DNA from: Glycera tridactyla
Taxonomy: Eukaryota
Direction of reading: 5' to 3'
Length of the DNA: 64,000 nt
Assembly: GCA_965644265.1 (NCBI GenBank)
Contig: OZ286466.1
Location: 96,782,001 to 96,846,000 of the forward strand
The stretch's first letter is position 1; each line of letters opens with the position of its first letter. The position numbers were made by a program, and so were the translations under genes. Shown here one piece after another: positions 35,185 to 46,319 of this stretch. The notes under the pieces are model-generated. The model ran no database searches. It worked only from the letters and a program-made list of their open reading frames with translations, and had not been told where the DNA came from.

Positions 35185-37557
35185 AGCTGCCTTGACATAG
35201 GGCGGGCGACTACGCGCGACTTCGCGCGATCTCAAATCCGCCCGTCGTCGCAAAGAAATTCGCGCGTGGTCGCGCGTAGTCGCCCGTCGTCGCACGAAGT
35301 CTCGAGCCGTCGCCTGTGTCTACGGGGCCGCCGCGGAAGTTTTGAAATGTTCAAAACTTTCGCGCACGATCGCGCGACTGGAATTAATTCGCCCGGAGTC
35401 GCGAGTTGGCGCGAGCAGTCGCAAGCAGTCACGGGCAGTCGCGCGGCTGCCGCACGGATGCCGCGCGCGGTCGCATTGAAGGGCGATGTCTGCTGGGTGT
35501 GGGGTGCCCGGGCGACAGCGCGCGACTGCCCGTGACTGCTCGCGACCATCTGCGACAACATGCGCCCGTTGGAGACAGCGCGCGATAGCGATGCGACCTG
35601 GGGGGTGTTCGCATGATGATTTTAGCGCTTGCTGGTGGCTTCGGGGCGGCTTCGGGGCGGCGTTGATGCGGCCGCTCGGGACTACAGGCGACTGCAGACG
35701 ACTGCGGGCGACTTTGGGCGACTTGTCAAGGCCTCGCTACGACCAGCTGCGACTACGGGCGACTACGGGCGCCTGCCGGCGTCCCCGCGCAATCGCAGGC
35801 GGTTTATGTCGGATTTCTAGCAAACTGGGTATAAATACAGGTAGATTTCAAAAGTCAAATCAGTCTACTGACTGCTCTTCACGATGGCCTTCATGCTCCC
35901 TCACGATCGTCTTCACCTTCTTCGCCTGTGGCTGCAGCGGAACCAGCAGGACCGGGACCAGCGCATTCATCTCGCACAGTTCATCATCAACATGGAGGCT
36001 GCCAGACCAAGAAGACGTTGGTGGGTCAACCCGTGGCTGGAGAGAAGACCTCTGCAGGGCCAGTACGAGCAACTCATGGTCGAGATGTGGAACGAGGATC
36101 CGGCTGCCTTCCGGAACTTCGTGAGGATGGAGCCTGCGATGTTCCGGGAGCTGCTTGTGCGGGTTGGACCAAGGATTCAAGGCTCAGGGAGCAACTGGAG
36201 GCGGCCCCTGGATGCAGGACTGAAGCTGGCGGTGACCCTGCGGCACCTGGCGACTGGGGACAGCTACGCTTCCCTAAAGTACAGTTTCCGGGTGCACGAC
36301 TCGACCATCGCCAAATTTGTGCCAGAAGTGTGCGACGCCATCCGTGCCGTGCTGGAGAATGAAGTTCTGGGTTTACCGACTGATGCCAACGGCTGGAGGG
36401 ACCTCGCTCAGAAGTTTGGGGACCGGTGGCAGGTGCACCACGCTCTCGGTGCAATCGACGGCAAGCACGTCCGCATTCGCAGGCCACCACACGCAGGCAG
36501 CATATATTTCAACTACAAGGGGTTCCACTCGCTTGTCCTGTTGGCAGTGGTTGATGCTGACTACAAGTTCGTGTGGGTAGATGTTGGCTGCGAGGGATCC
36601 GCTTCTGATGTCCAAGTCTTCAACCAGAGCGACTTGAAAGACTGCATTGAGAGAGGACTCCTGCATATTCCACCTGCATCACCTCTTCCCAACGACGATG
36701 TCGACACCCCGTACTTCCTTCTTGGAGATGATGCATTTGCCCTCCGGACGTGGCTGATGAAGCCATTTCCAGACCGTCAGATACCACACGACGAAAGAAT
36801 TTTCAACTACCGGCTATCAAGAGGAAGGCGGGTCGTTGAGAATGCGTTCGGTATTCTGGCGAACCGGTTCCAGTGCTTGCTGGGGGTGCAGATGCAGCAA
36901 CCGGACGTCGTGATGGCCTGCATCCTCCTGCATAATCTGATGAGGACGAGGTATCCAGGCATTCAAAATGCCCTTTTGGATGTGGACGGCCAGAATGGGC
37001 AGGTGGTGGCAGGTGCCTGGAGACAAGGCCGGGAGATGGTGGATTTGGCTAACGTCGTTGGTGGCAACAGAGATACGAAAGCGGCAAAGAAGCAAAGACT
37101 CTACCTCAAGCACTACTACAATTCACCAGCCGGTTCCGTTCCTTGGCAAGAGGCCAGAATATGAATCTCTGCCATGCCATTTCTGCAGGTGGAATCATCC
37201 ATACACTCAAAATCCTGCTCAGTCGTGTGAACGTCGCCCGTTGTCGCGGGCAGTCTCGGGAAGTCGCGCGAACGCCGCGCGAACGCCGCGGGACCGCCGC
37301 GCGCAGTCGCACGAAGTCGCGCGAAATCGCGCGAAGTCGCCAGCATAAATCCGCGCGTAGTCGCGCGTTGTCGCCTGTCGTCGCATGCAGCCGCGCGCGT
37401 GTGTTTGCGCGGGAAAGCCGCCTCTTGGCGCCAAATCAGCCCGGACCACCCGGATCGCGTGAGAATCGCGCGGCATTCACACGGATTTGGTCGAAAAAAA
37501 GATCGCGCGAAGTCGCAGACTGGCGCCTGCCCTCGCCCGCCCTATGTAAAGGCGCCT
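35185..37557 (+). mobile_element. PIF/Harbinger DNA transposon, 2373 bp
   Basis: ~25-bp TIRs (agctgccttgacatagggcgggcga / rc aggcgcctttacatagggcgggcga), TTA TSD (35182-35184, 37558-37560), CpG-rich subterminal GCGACT/AGTCGC repeats. Confidence 0.95.
35884..37164 (+). CDS. Harbinger DDE transposase, 426 aa, uninterrupted ORF
   Basis: LAVTLRHLATGDSY, GAIDGKHVRI, YFNYKGFHS, LLGDDAFAL, RRVVENAFGIL. Confidence 0.93.
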   Translation: MAFMLPHDRLHLLRLWLQRNQQDRDQRIHLAQFIINMEAARPRRRWWVNPWLERRPLQGQYEQLMVEMWNEDPAAFRNFVRMEPAMFRELLVRVGPRIQGSGSNWRRPLDAGLKLAVTLRHLATGDSYASLKYSFRVHDSTIAKFVPEVCDAIRAVLENEVLGLPTDANGWRDLAQKFGDRWQVHHALGAIDGKHVRIRRPPHAGSIYFNYKGFHSLVLLAVVDADYKFVWVDVGCEGSASDVQVFNQSDLKDCIERGLLHIPPASPLPNDDVDTPYFLLGDDAFALRTWLMKPFPDRQIPHDERIFNYRLSRGRRVVENAFGILANRFQCLLGVQMQQPDVVMACILLHNLMRTRYPGIQNALLDVDGQNGQVVAGAWRQGREMVDLANVVGGNRDTKAAKKQRLYLKHYYNSPAGSVPWQEARI

Positions 37558-37584
37558 TTATGCGTCTGTTGGTTTGATTTTGTT

Positions 37585-38590
37585 TGTTTGTTTGTTTGAG
37601 GCTTAACGGCATGTATCAACCAACAGGATTATGTATGCTGTATGTTCCTGGTTAATGAAAGCTAGATGGTCTCTCCCCTGCAGACATCACTCTCACAAAC
37701 CCTGAACACAAGATGATGAGGAACCTGAAAGGTTGTCAAGTGGAAGTAGCTGATGGTTCAGACTTGTTTGTTTGTTTGTTTGTTTAAGTTTAACGTCACT
37801 TAAACCCGCTTAGGTTCTATCGGACTGAAGAGTCACTGCCTGCCGGGGGCCGTCTCTACTCTTTGCAAAAGACGGCAGTGGATCTTTAACGTGCGTAAAG
37901 GAAAGGGCTCCTAAATACACGGCCGGCCTTTGATATCCCAGTCTACATGCACTGGGTTAGCATGCACACAATTCATATTTGTCTAAATATTCCCAATTCA
38001 TGCAAATAACCAAATATGTCTGTTGGATCGACTTCCATGAAATGTTGTGTCATATTTTCTACAGTGTAATACTTTACTCTAGTTTGCGATAGTTTTCTAC
38101 AGTCGAGCAATAAATGTTTGACGGTGAGATGGCATCCGCATGCAAAGCAATTAGGATTGCCTTGTTTTTTCAGAAGGTGTGAATGGGTGAGATATGTATG
38201 TCCTATCCTCAGACGGGAAAGTACTATCTCCTCTCTTCTATTCATAGTTCTCACAGGGAATCTGTCCTCAAGTTTTGGTCTGATGCGATATAATTTATTC
38301 CGCTTTTTGGTTCCCCATTCATTCTGCCAGAGTTGGTCAATATAGAGCTTTATTCTTGGTTTGAAGTCAGAATAATGGATTTCCATCCCAGTGACTGGCA
38401 AACCTAGAGCCCTTTTGGCCGTTTTATCGGCTGCCTCATTTCCAGGAATTCCGATATGGCTCGGAATCCGATGGTTCAGACACACCTCTACCTACTCTTC
38501 ATGAACAAAGTGAATCTAATGATGGCATATCTAACTATGTAACTGGCTGGAAGCTAACATTCAAGCCTGATAGCAATGCTTTTTTGTGAA
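37585..38590 (-). mobile_element. Family-B fragment carrying a nested family-A LINE 3' piece (37764-38469)
   Basis: TSD gatggttcagac (37752-37763, 38470-38481); RNase H tail ORF 37973-38485. Confidence 0.88.
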
Positions 38591-39469
38591 GCTTCTCCAC
38601 TTGATAGTCTAATATGCCTCTGAAAAGAGACCAACTATTTTGAAACATTGATGGTGGTTTTCAGATTTTCACTTCAAATTCACCTTCTAATGACGACAAT
38701 GACCAAAAGATTCAGTCACTGAAAATGATTTGTTGGCCCTGATGACCAGCCTCAGTTGCATCAGATTGGTCTCTGTAGGCAGGTCACCTTTGTGGAGAGG
38801 TTGGTCACTGTCATAAGATACTGCTCAGGGGGCTGTTGCAGTCAGGTCACATTTATATGGAGGTAGTTTATTGATCAGGTTGGACTGTAAAGTTCAACCA
38901 GTCCACAAAGACCACCCACAGTCATATCAAGCTTTTGTCTTGAAAAAAAAACCATGTGGCTTTTTTTCTGCATGTTACATTATCCGTAGTGATGTGATAA
39001 CTGTGTTTGAAGTTGATGATTGGGTCCATGTTTTCGCATGCCAGGTGTATCATATTGTGAGTGGAAATGACATCATGTTGGTGATATCTATTGTTATGGG
39101 GCTATAATCTCAGTGTTTATGACACTGCTTGTTTTGTTAATCTTCGACCAGCTCTGTGTGGGGGAGGGGGGCACTTTTTGTGACATTTGGGGTGATCACA
39201 CATAGCTAGTTTCATATTGAACTATAATTCTTATGCATCCATCAGCCACGTAGAATCTGCCCATTTGAGAAGCTAACATTGTGTGAGCCATGTTGCCAAT
39301 TACTCTTGATTCATACATCTTCTCATCATCCATTCCCTGGAAATTCCATTTGAGAAAGGCATCTTCTACATGCTGTGAAGATCCTGGAGCAGATTGAGCG
39401 GGTGTATATTATTTCTTGAGATGCTGAATTGCTAGTGGGTTTCATAATTGGTTTGAAGGGGGACAACGG

Positions 39470-39726
39470 GGATGTTTATCTATGTATGTCAGCTGGTATG
39501 GTTGATAAGTGACCGGATCAAAGTAGGCCCGTGTTTCCCTGTGGCACCGCCCTGGTGGCATTATTTCCCCAAAGTGGTGGCATGTGCCTTGTTTGCCCGT
39601 GTGTTTGCAAATCAACGAGTTTGTTTTCATACAGATGATCTTGCACTTGTATCTATTATTAACAGCCAAACATCTAAGGACAAACATGTCATGAGAGTGG
39701 TCGGTTTTGGTATGTCTATGTGTTAA
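39470..39726 (+). pseudogene. DIRS RNase H fragment
   Basis: FANQRVCFHTDDLALVSIINSQTSKDKHVM. Confidence 0.75.
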
Positions 39727-40504
39727 TGTCTTGTTTTGTTTGTGTTTAACGTCCTTTCAACCACTTTGGGTTATATCGGACTGAAGAACTGAAAGTGCTG
39801 AAACAAAGAGGCACTGCTGTTTGGGCCTTTCCCACTCTCTGCGAAAGACAGCAGGGATTCTTTTATGTTCATACAGGAACAGACTCCAATACACGGTAGG
39901 CCTTTGCTATCCCAGTCGGCACGTACTGGGCTTCAGATCATGCATTCAATATTTCTGTTCTAGGTCAGCGCCTCATCATCATCGGTGCAGGGAGTGCAGA
40001 AATTGGTTTTGTACCTGGAGCACACTATCAGTTTGTATCAAATTCAACAGAAGGGGGTCACCATGACTCCAAAGAGATGAATAGTGAGGTAAGCAATCAT
40101 CCTATCACCATCCCTAACCCACCTCCCCTCCTGTAACTTCAGATAGCAGCTTGAGATTTGAAGACTTTCCTTCCACTCTCCAAGGGGCGTCCCTGGGAAC
40201 ATATCCTCACCTTGTCGGGTTGGTTGGTTGGTTCTATTTTAATGTCACGTCAGCTCCATTTGTGATATATTGTGACGCCCATGCAATGTGCAGTGGGTGG
40301 GATCATTCAAGACTCCTCTTACTGGGTCCCCAACAGTAGGAGGAAATTAATGAAAGTCACAGATTTCCGCCTTCCGTTTTGTTAGACGATGCTGGAAATC
40401 AACCGCCTCTGCAATCCATATTGACTTTGGGAGAGCTGTGGGAAGAGACTAGGGACACATAAAAAATGCATTGAGCCTGAGCACAAGGCGGCGCATCAAC
40501 GCAA

Positions 40505-41222
40505 GTGTCGATAAAGTTCATCAGCGATCGTGGCGATCCGAGACTCCTGCAAACGATCCCCATCGAAATGCTCGACCACCTGCTGGGACTTTTTTTTATT
40601 GATCTACGCAAATGCGCAAATGGTGAGTATGAACCAACTTCAATACGATCGTACAACAGCTGCATTCGAAAGCATCTGTCCGGAACCATAAATGGGGTGG
40701 ACGCCCAAAAGGACTTCCGGAATGCGGGAAAGTGCCAGTTCGCCAAACTGAAGGATCTAAAATCGAAGAGGAAGGGGAACATTCTAAACAAAGCCAAAGA
40801 ACTGAGTCCTAAAAATGAAGAACAGCTGGGAAGAGGGGGGCACAGGGGGACAAAATTGCAGAAGTGCTAGTAAATACCATATTGTTTCTTACAACCAAAC
40901 TATTGGGTCTCAGGGGTCAACACGAGAGTCGGCAGTTACAGATTGATGACTTGCGATTGATAGATGATGATGGGGAGGAGGGACCTCATGTTGAATTCAA
41001 GGAGTGCATTACCAAAACCTGGAATGGAACATGCAACATGCAGAGAGAGTTCACGCCAAAAATGTTTCGTAAATAGGAAAATCCGGCGCGCTGCCCAGTA
41101 CACTTGTTTCAGGTTTACCTGTCTCAAAGGCCCGCCGACTGCAAGACACAAGCTTTCTTTCTTGGTGTCAATGGTAATGCAAAGGCCAAGCAGTGGTTTC
41201 TTGACAGCCCTATGGGAGATTT
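40505..41222 (+). pseudogene. CryptonA-type (DUF3504/ZMYM-KCTD1-like) tyrosine recombinase relic
   Basis: LGLFFIDLRKCANGEYEPTSIRSY; LFLTTKLLGLRGQHESRQL; EFKECITKTWNG; PKMF; RCPVHLFQVYLSQRP; WFLDSPMG. Confidence 0.8.
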
Positions 41223-41900
41223 GTTCGTTTGTTTGTTTGTTTGAGTTTAACGTCACTTAAACCCGCTTGGGTTATATCGGACTGAAAAAACTGAAAATGC
41301 TGAAGAAGAGTCACTGCCTGCCGGGGGCCGTATTATCTACTCTTCCAGTACAATTACTAATTCAGCAGAACAGTTCCTGGAGAGGGTGGACACTATAATT
41401 GAATTAGAGAAGAGGCGGAATGCTCTCATAAATCAGCAAAACAATCTACTCATAAAACAACTCACGATTCAACAACAGCAGATTGATTTGCAGACTGGAC
41501 AGCTTTCATCCTGATGAGGTAAGTTATCGATGGATTAAATTCAACTTACAGTTATGTATCCAGGGAATGAGGAATAGGGGCATCCCACCCATGCCCATTA
41601 TACGGGCGTTTGTTTGTTTGTTTGAGTTTAACGTCACTTAAAACCGCATGGGTTATATCTGACTGAAAATGCTGAAGAAAAGTCACTGCCTGCCGGGGGC
41701 CGTCCCTACTCATTGCGAAAGACAGCAGTGGATCTTTAACGTGCGTAAAGGAAAAGGCTCCTAAATACACGGCCGGCATTTGATATCCCAGTCGGCATGC
41801 ACTGGGTTAATTAACACGTATAGTGGTCTCTTCTTGGAAGTTCCACTGAGCATGGAAAAGATTGAGACGGAATTCACCCCACTTAACGAATCTCTCTCAT

Positions 41901-41903
<3 letters not shown>

Positions 41904-41972
<69 letters not shown>
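41904..41972. repeat. (CA)n microsatellite
   Basis: Perfect dinucleotide run. Confidence 0.98.
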
Positions 41973-41974
<2 letters not shown>

Positions 41975-42019
41975 GAAAATAGCATAGTCTCTCTCTGATC
42001 ACTCATATTTCCTCCTTTC

Positions 42020-42800
42020 CCACAGGTTTCGAAGACAACTGGAAAACCTGCCAGATCCGAGATGTGAATTTTCCATGACCGACATGAAGAAGTTCACAGG
42101 GATCCTGATCCTGATGGGGACAAATAAGGTGCGCAGCACCGCTATGACTGGTCGCTCGATGAGAACATCGCTCAACCCGGTGTGAGGAAAACAAAGAGCA
42201 TGAATAGTTTCGTAAAAATAAAAGAGTACTTCCATGTGACAGATCTGCCGAGCCTCCACGATCCACAGAGAACTACTCACGTTTGTACAAAATTCAGGCC
42301 ACCATTGATGATATACCAGCCAATATGAAGCAGCATTTCATCATGGGGAAGCGAATGGCCATTGATGAGGCAATGGTGGCTTGGTGCGGGTGTTTAAGTT
42401 TGTAACAATACCTCCCCGCCACCTATCAAGAGACATCAAAATATGGTGTCGTTGCTGTTCAGAGTGTGGCTACATGGACCGATTCTTCATATATCTCGGA
42501 AAAGATTATGCTACCTCTGAGCACGGACTGGGGTATGACGTGGTAACCAGCTTCGCAGATGACATTTTGTAGTCGAATCATCAGATCTATTACGACTGTT
42601 TGGCAGTGTGAAACTGGCGGAGAGTCTGCTATCAAAATGTCTTTACAGCTGCGCAACCATCAGACAAGGTCGAAATGGGTTCCTCGCATAGCTATAAAAA
42701 ACGGAAAACAGAAATTGCAGCGAGGACAGGCTGGGTCTATGCAGAGAGGCAATTTGGTGGCGACACGGTGGATGGACCGCAAGGCAAGTCACCATGATTT
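42020..42800 (+). pseudogene. piggyBac transposase relic
   Basis: MKKFTGILILMG; AIDEAMVAW; IKIWCRCCSECGYMDRFFIYLGK; HGLGYDVV; GNLVATRWMDRK. Confidence 0.8.
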
Positions 42801-42999
42801 TTACCTTGTCTGATCCACATGTGTTTGACATAATAGATCAGGGTTCAAAAAAGTTAACAGCTTAGGAAATCGGCGTTTTACCAACAACCTGTTAAGACAG
42901 TTAACGGCTTATTGAGTTTTAGCGGGCTGTAGTCCGTTAACAGGTTACGGGAATAAAGATTGTTTTTTTTTTGGGGGGGGGGGGGATATTTTCGCTGAT

Positions 43000-45600
43000 A
43001 CGCGCCTCTCTTCCGGGTATTACTGTCAACATCCTATAGCAGACGAAAACATTCAAAATGGAGCCGATGCTAATTCCAAATCTGTTTTAAGTAATCTGCC
43101 AATTGCAAAGGAGTTGGTCAGCGAAGAAGTTTTGTTAGGTAGAATTGCTGGTCCCTTCGATTCTGTTCCCATCAATAGCATCTTGATTTCTCCACTTTCT
43201 CTTCAGCCAAAAAGTGAAACCGGAAAATATAGACTAATACATGACCTCGCCTCCCCTCACAACCAATCTTTGGTAAATAGTGGAATTCCTAAAGATAAAA
43301 CTCAAGTTTCGTACCAGTCCATCCAGTGCGCAGTAAATTTGATAAAGAAAGTTGGAAAAACTGTTACATGGTGAAATCAGATATTAAATCTGCCTCTAGA
43401 CTTCCTATCACTCCATTGGAGTATAGGCTTTTTGGCCTCAAATTGGACAATAAATATTATTTTGATAGATGCCTGGAAATGGGCTGCGCCAGCTCGTGCG
43501 CCTTATTTGAGTCTTTCTCCACCGCAGTCCATTGGATACTTACAAATAAGTTTGGAATCAATAACATAGCTCACTGTGTGGACGATTTCTTATTTATTGA
43601 AGAGTCTTTTGAAAGATGTCAACACTCTCTTGATGTATTTAAAAAGCTAGCTGATGTCATTGGTCTCCCGCTCTCTCCTGAGAAGACGACCGTCCCTAAT
43701 ACTGATATTGTTTTCTTGGGATTCGCGCTTTCTCCTGTATGGATGTCATGTTCTATTCCATCACCAAAAGTTTCCAAATATACTGTTGCTATTCAAGGTT
43801 TGGTTGGTTCTGGTTTAACGTCACGTCAGCACCATCTGGGCTATGTTGTGACGCCCATGCAATGGGCATGGGTGGGATCTTCTTGCAGTTGGACTAGTGT
43901 AACCTGAAACAAATGCAGCAAATAGTGGGTTGATTACAGTGGGCTTGCGCTGCAATCATCCCAGGGCGACCATTCTTACGCAGCTTAGTTGATAAGACAA
44001 AATTCCTGAGTAAGCCATATCATCGTATTGAATCAAACAATGAAGTGAAAGAGGACCTTCATTTATGGTTGAGCATCCTCAAGCATTACAATGGAGTGAG
44101 GTTGTTTTGGGCAGGACAACCATTTATTGATTCTCTACACGTGTTTACCGGCGCATTAGATCTGGCTGCTGGGGGGGGGGGGGGGGGGGTTCAATGGGAA
44201 ACATTGGTTTGTATTGCCATTCAATGTTGAATGGGAAGCGTTGCATATATCTGCTAGGGAATTTTTACCTATAGTTTTAGCGATGCACCTTGAATTAAGA
44301 GACAAACACCTCGTGGTGCATTGTGATTTTTTGTTTTGTTGGGGGGTTTGTTTGTTTTGTTTGTTTGTTTGTTTGAGGCTTAACGGCATGTATCAACCCA
44401 CAGGATTATGTATGCCGTGTGTTCCTGGTTAATGAAAGCTAGATGGTCTCTCCCCTGCAGACATCACTCTCACAAACCCTGAACACATGATGATGGGGAA
44501 CTCCCTGAAAAGTTGTCAAGTGGAAGTAGCTGATGTAGACACACCCCTACCAACTCTAACTCTACAAAAAAGACATATTGAACCTGATGATGGCATATCT
44601 AACTATGTAACTGGCTGGAAGCTAACACTCAAGCCTGATAGCTATGCTTTTTTTTACGCAAAGTGCAGTACTTGAAACAAGGAAAAGCATTAGGTTCGGA
44701 GAATACTCAAACAATGTCTTCAATTACGAACTGTCAACTTCAAACCAGCTTTACAATCATGGCTTGCCCTATGCTTGCAGTACAATGCCATCACACAACC
44801 TAGTAAACCTAGTCGCAGCCCTAGTAACCCAGAACTGGTGTGCCTGGTACCCGCGTTTTGCATAGTGACAATATCTGCTACAGGCAAACCATCAGCTACC
44901 TACACCTGAGACCATTTCACTGAAGAAATAAGAAATAGCTAAGAGGGATAGGAAAGAGGTCAAGAAAAAGAAATCTGGTGATAGTGCAATTTTGGTAGAA
45001 AATGCCTAAAGATAGATGATAGAAAATTTTGAAGGTATGTTTTCATTCAACCCCCCATTCCAAAAGATATTGAGAAGAGAAGGGATGACGCTACACCTAG
45101 GCCACATCATCCCCGATGGCAACACTTCAGAGTATAAGTCCCGCGCCCATTGGTGGCTGCCATCTATAGAGACCCTGGACTCCCACCCTACCTACTTGTT
45201 GGGGGGTTAACGTCACGTCAGCTCTATCTGTGCTATATTGTGACGCCCATGCAATGGGCATGGGTGGGATCATTCAAAGCATTGTGACAACATTGCGATT
45301 GTTGGGGTTATTAACAGGCAGACAACCAAAGACAGGGCTCTATTGACTCTTCTTAGGCAATTTGTTTTGACTAACCTATATTTCAATATTCTTGTCACTG
45401 CTATTCATATTCCTGGTTTATCCAATCAGGTTGCGAATGTTATTTCTTGCTTACGTATCAACTCTTCAAACGCGTATCGTTTCAGCTTGCACGGCAGTCC
45501 AGTATGTATCCCATCTCAACTAATGCCCATGAATTGCGGTGAGTGACCTTTTGCGTGGATCGCAAGCCATGTCTACTATAAAATCATATACATGTTAGTT
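43000..45600 (+). mobile_element. Degenerate DIRS/Ngaro RT-RNase H-YR start, interrupted by C and B copies
   Basis: EEVLLGRIAGPF, KYRLIHDLASP, VKSDIKSA, HCVDDFL, HCDNIAIVGVIN, HIPGLSNQVA. Confidence 0.88.
44346..45195 (-). mobile_element. Full-length family-B copy
   Basis: Same termini as 25221-26070. Confidence 0.88.
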
Positions 45601-46319
45601 TGCTTTGTTGGGGGTTTAACGTCACGTCAGCTCCATCTGTGCTATATTTTGACGCCCATGCAATGGACATGGGTGGGATCATTCAAGACTCCTCCTTCTG
45701 GGTCCCTAACAGAAGGCGAAAATTTATTAAATTCACAGACACTCAAGGTGTCACTGTGTCTGGAATGACCTTCAAAAATGTATTATTGAATTGAGTGGTA
45801 ACCATATGTCTACCTCTGAGTCCTGTATGGATTTCGCGTTTTATAGCATACAAAGCATCTGAGGGCTTAAGTGCTGCCTTGATTAGGCAATATTATTTAT
45901 GTTTTTTCATATGCATCGGTCGGTTACAATATTCCAGTCGACCTGCACTGGGCTCCCTCTTACGGTAGGCACCACCAATACTCGACGCCCCCTCGTCATC
46001 GCTGCCAGCCGCCGCCTCACCGCCCATGGCTAGCTCTCAAAACAACAATAATACTTCCAAATCCAGGGGCACACCCACTTCAAAGTCTAACGATCTGGCC
46101 TGACTGACAGCTACTCAGGCCCGCACGCACACGAGCCAAAGATCTGTCAGATTTGCTGAAAATGTCAATGTTGTCATTGGTATGTTGCAGGATGTCCAAG
46201 TCTTCGACCCTGCCCTTCCGTCATGGCGTCTTGCACGAAATCTTCGCGCAAAAGTGACTCAGACTGCAGCAGTTTGCTGACAACGACCGCATCCCGAGAT
46301 GTTAAGTCAGCCTGGAGAG

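Noticed and set aside
35152-36124. Overlapping long ORFs in the Harbinger subterminal regions as a second gene
   Set aside because: They are products of GC-rich GCGACT repeats with few stop codons and have no Myb/SANT motif; the same applies to 37106-37599.
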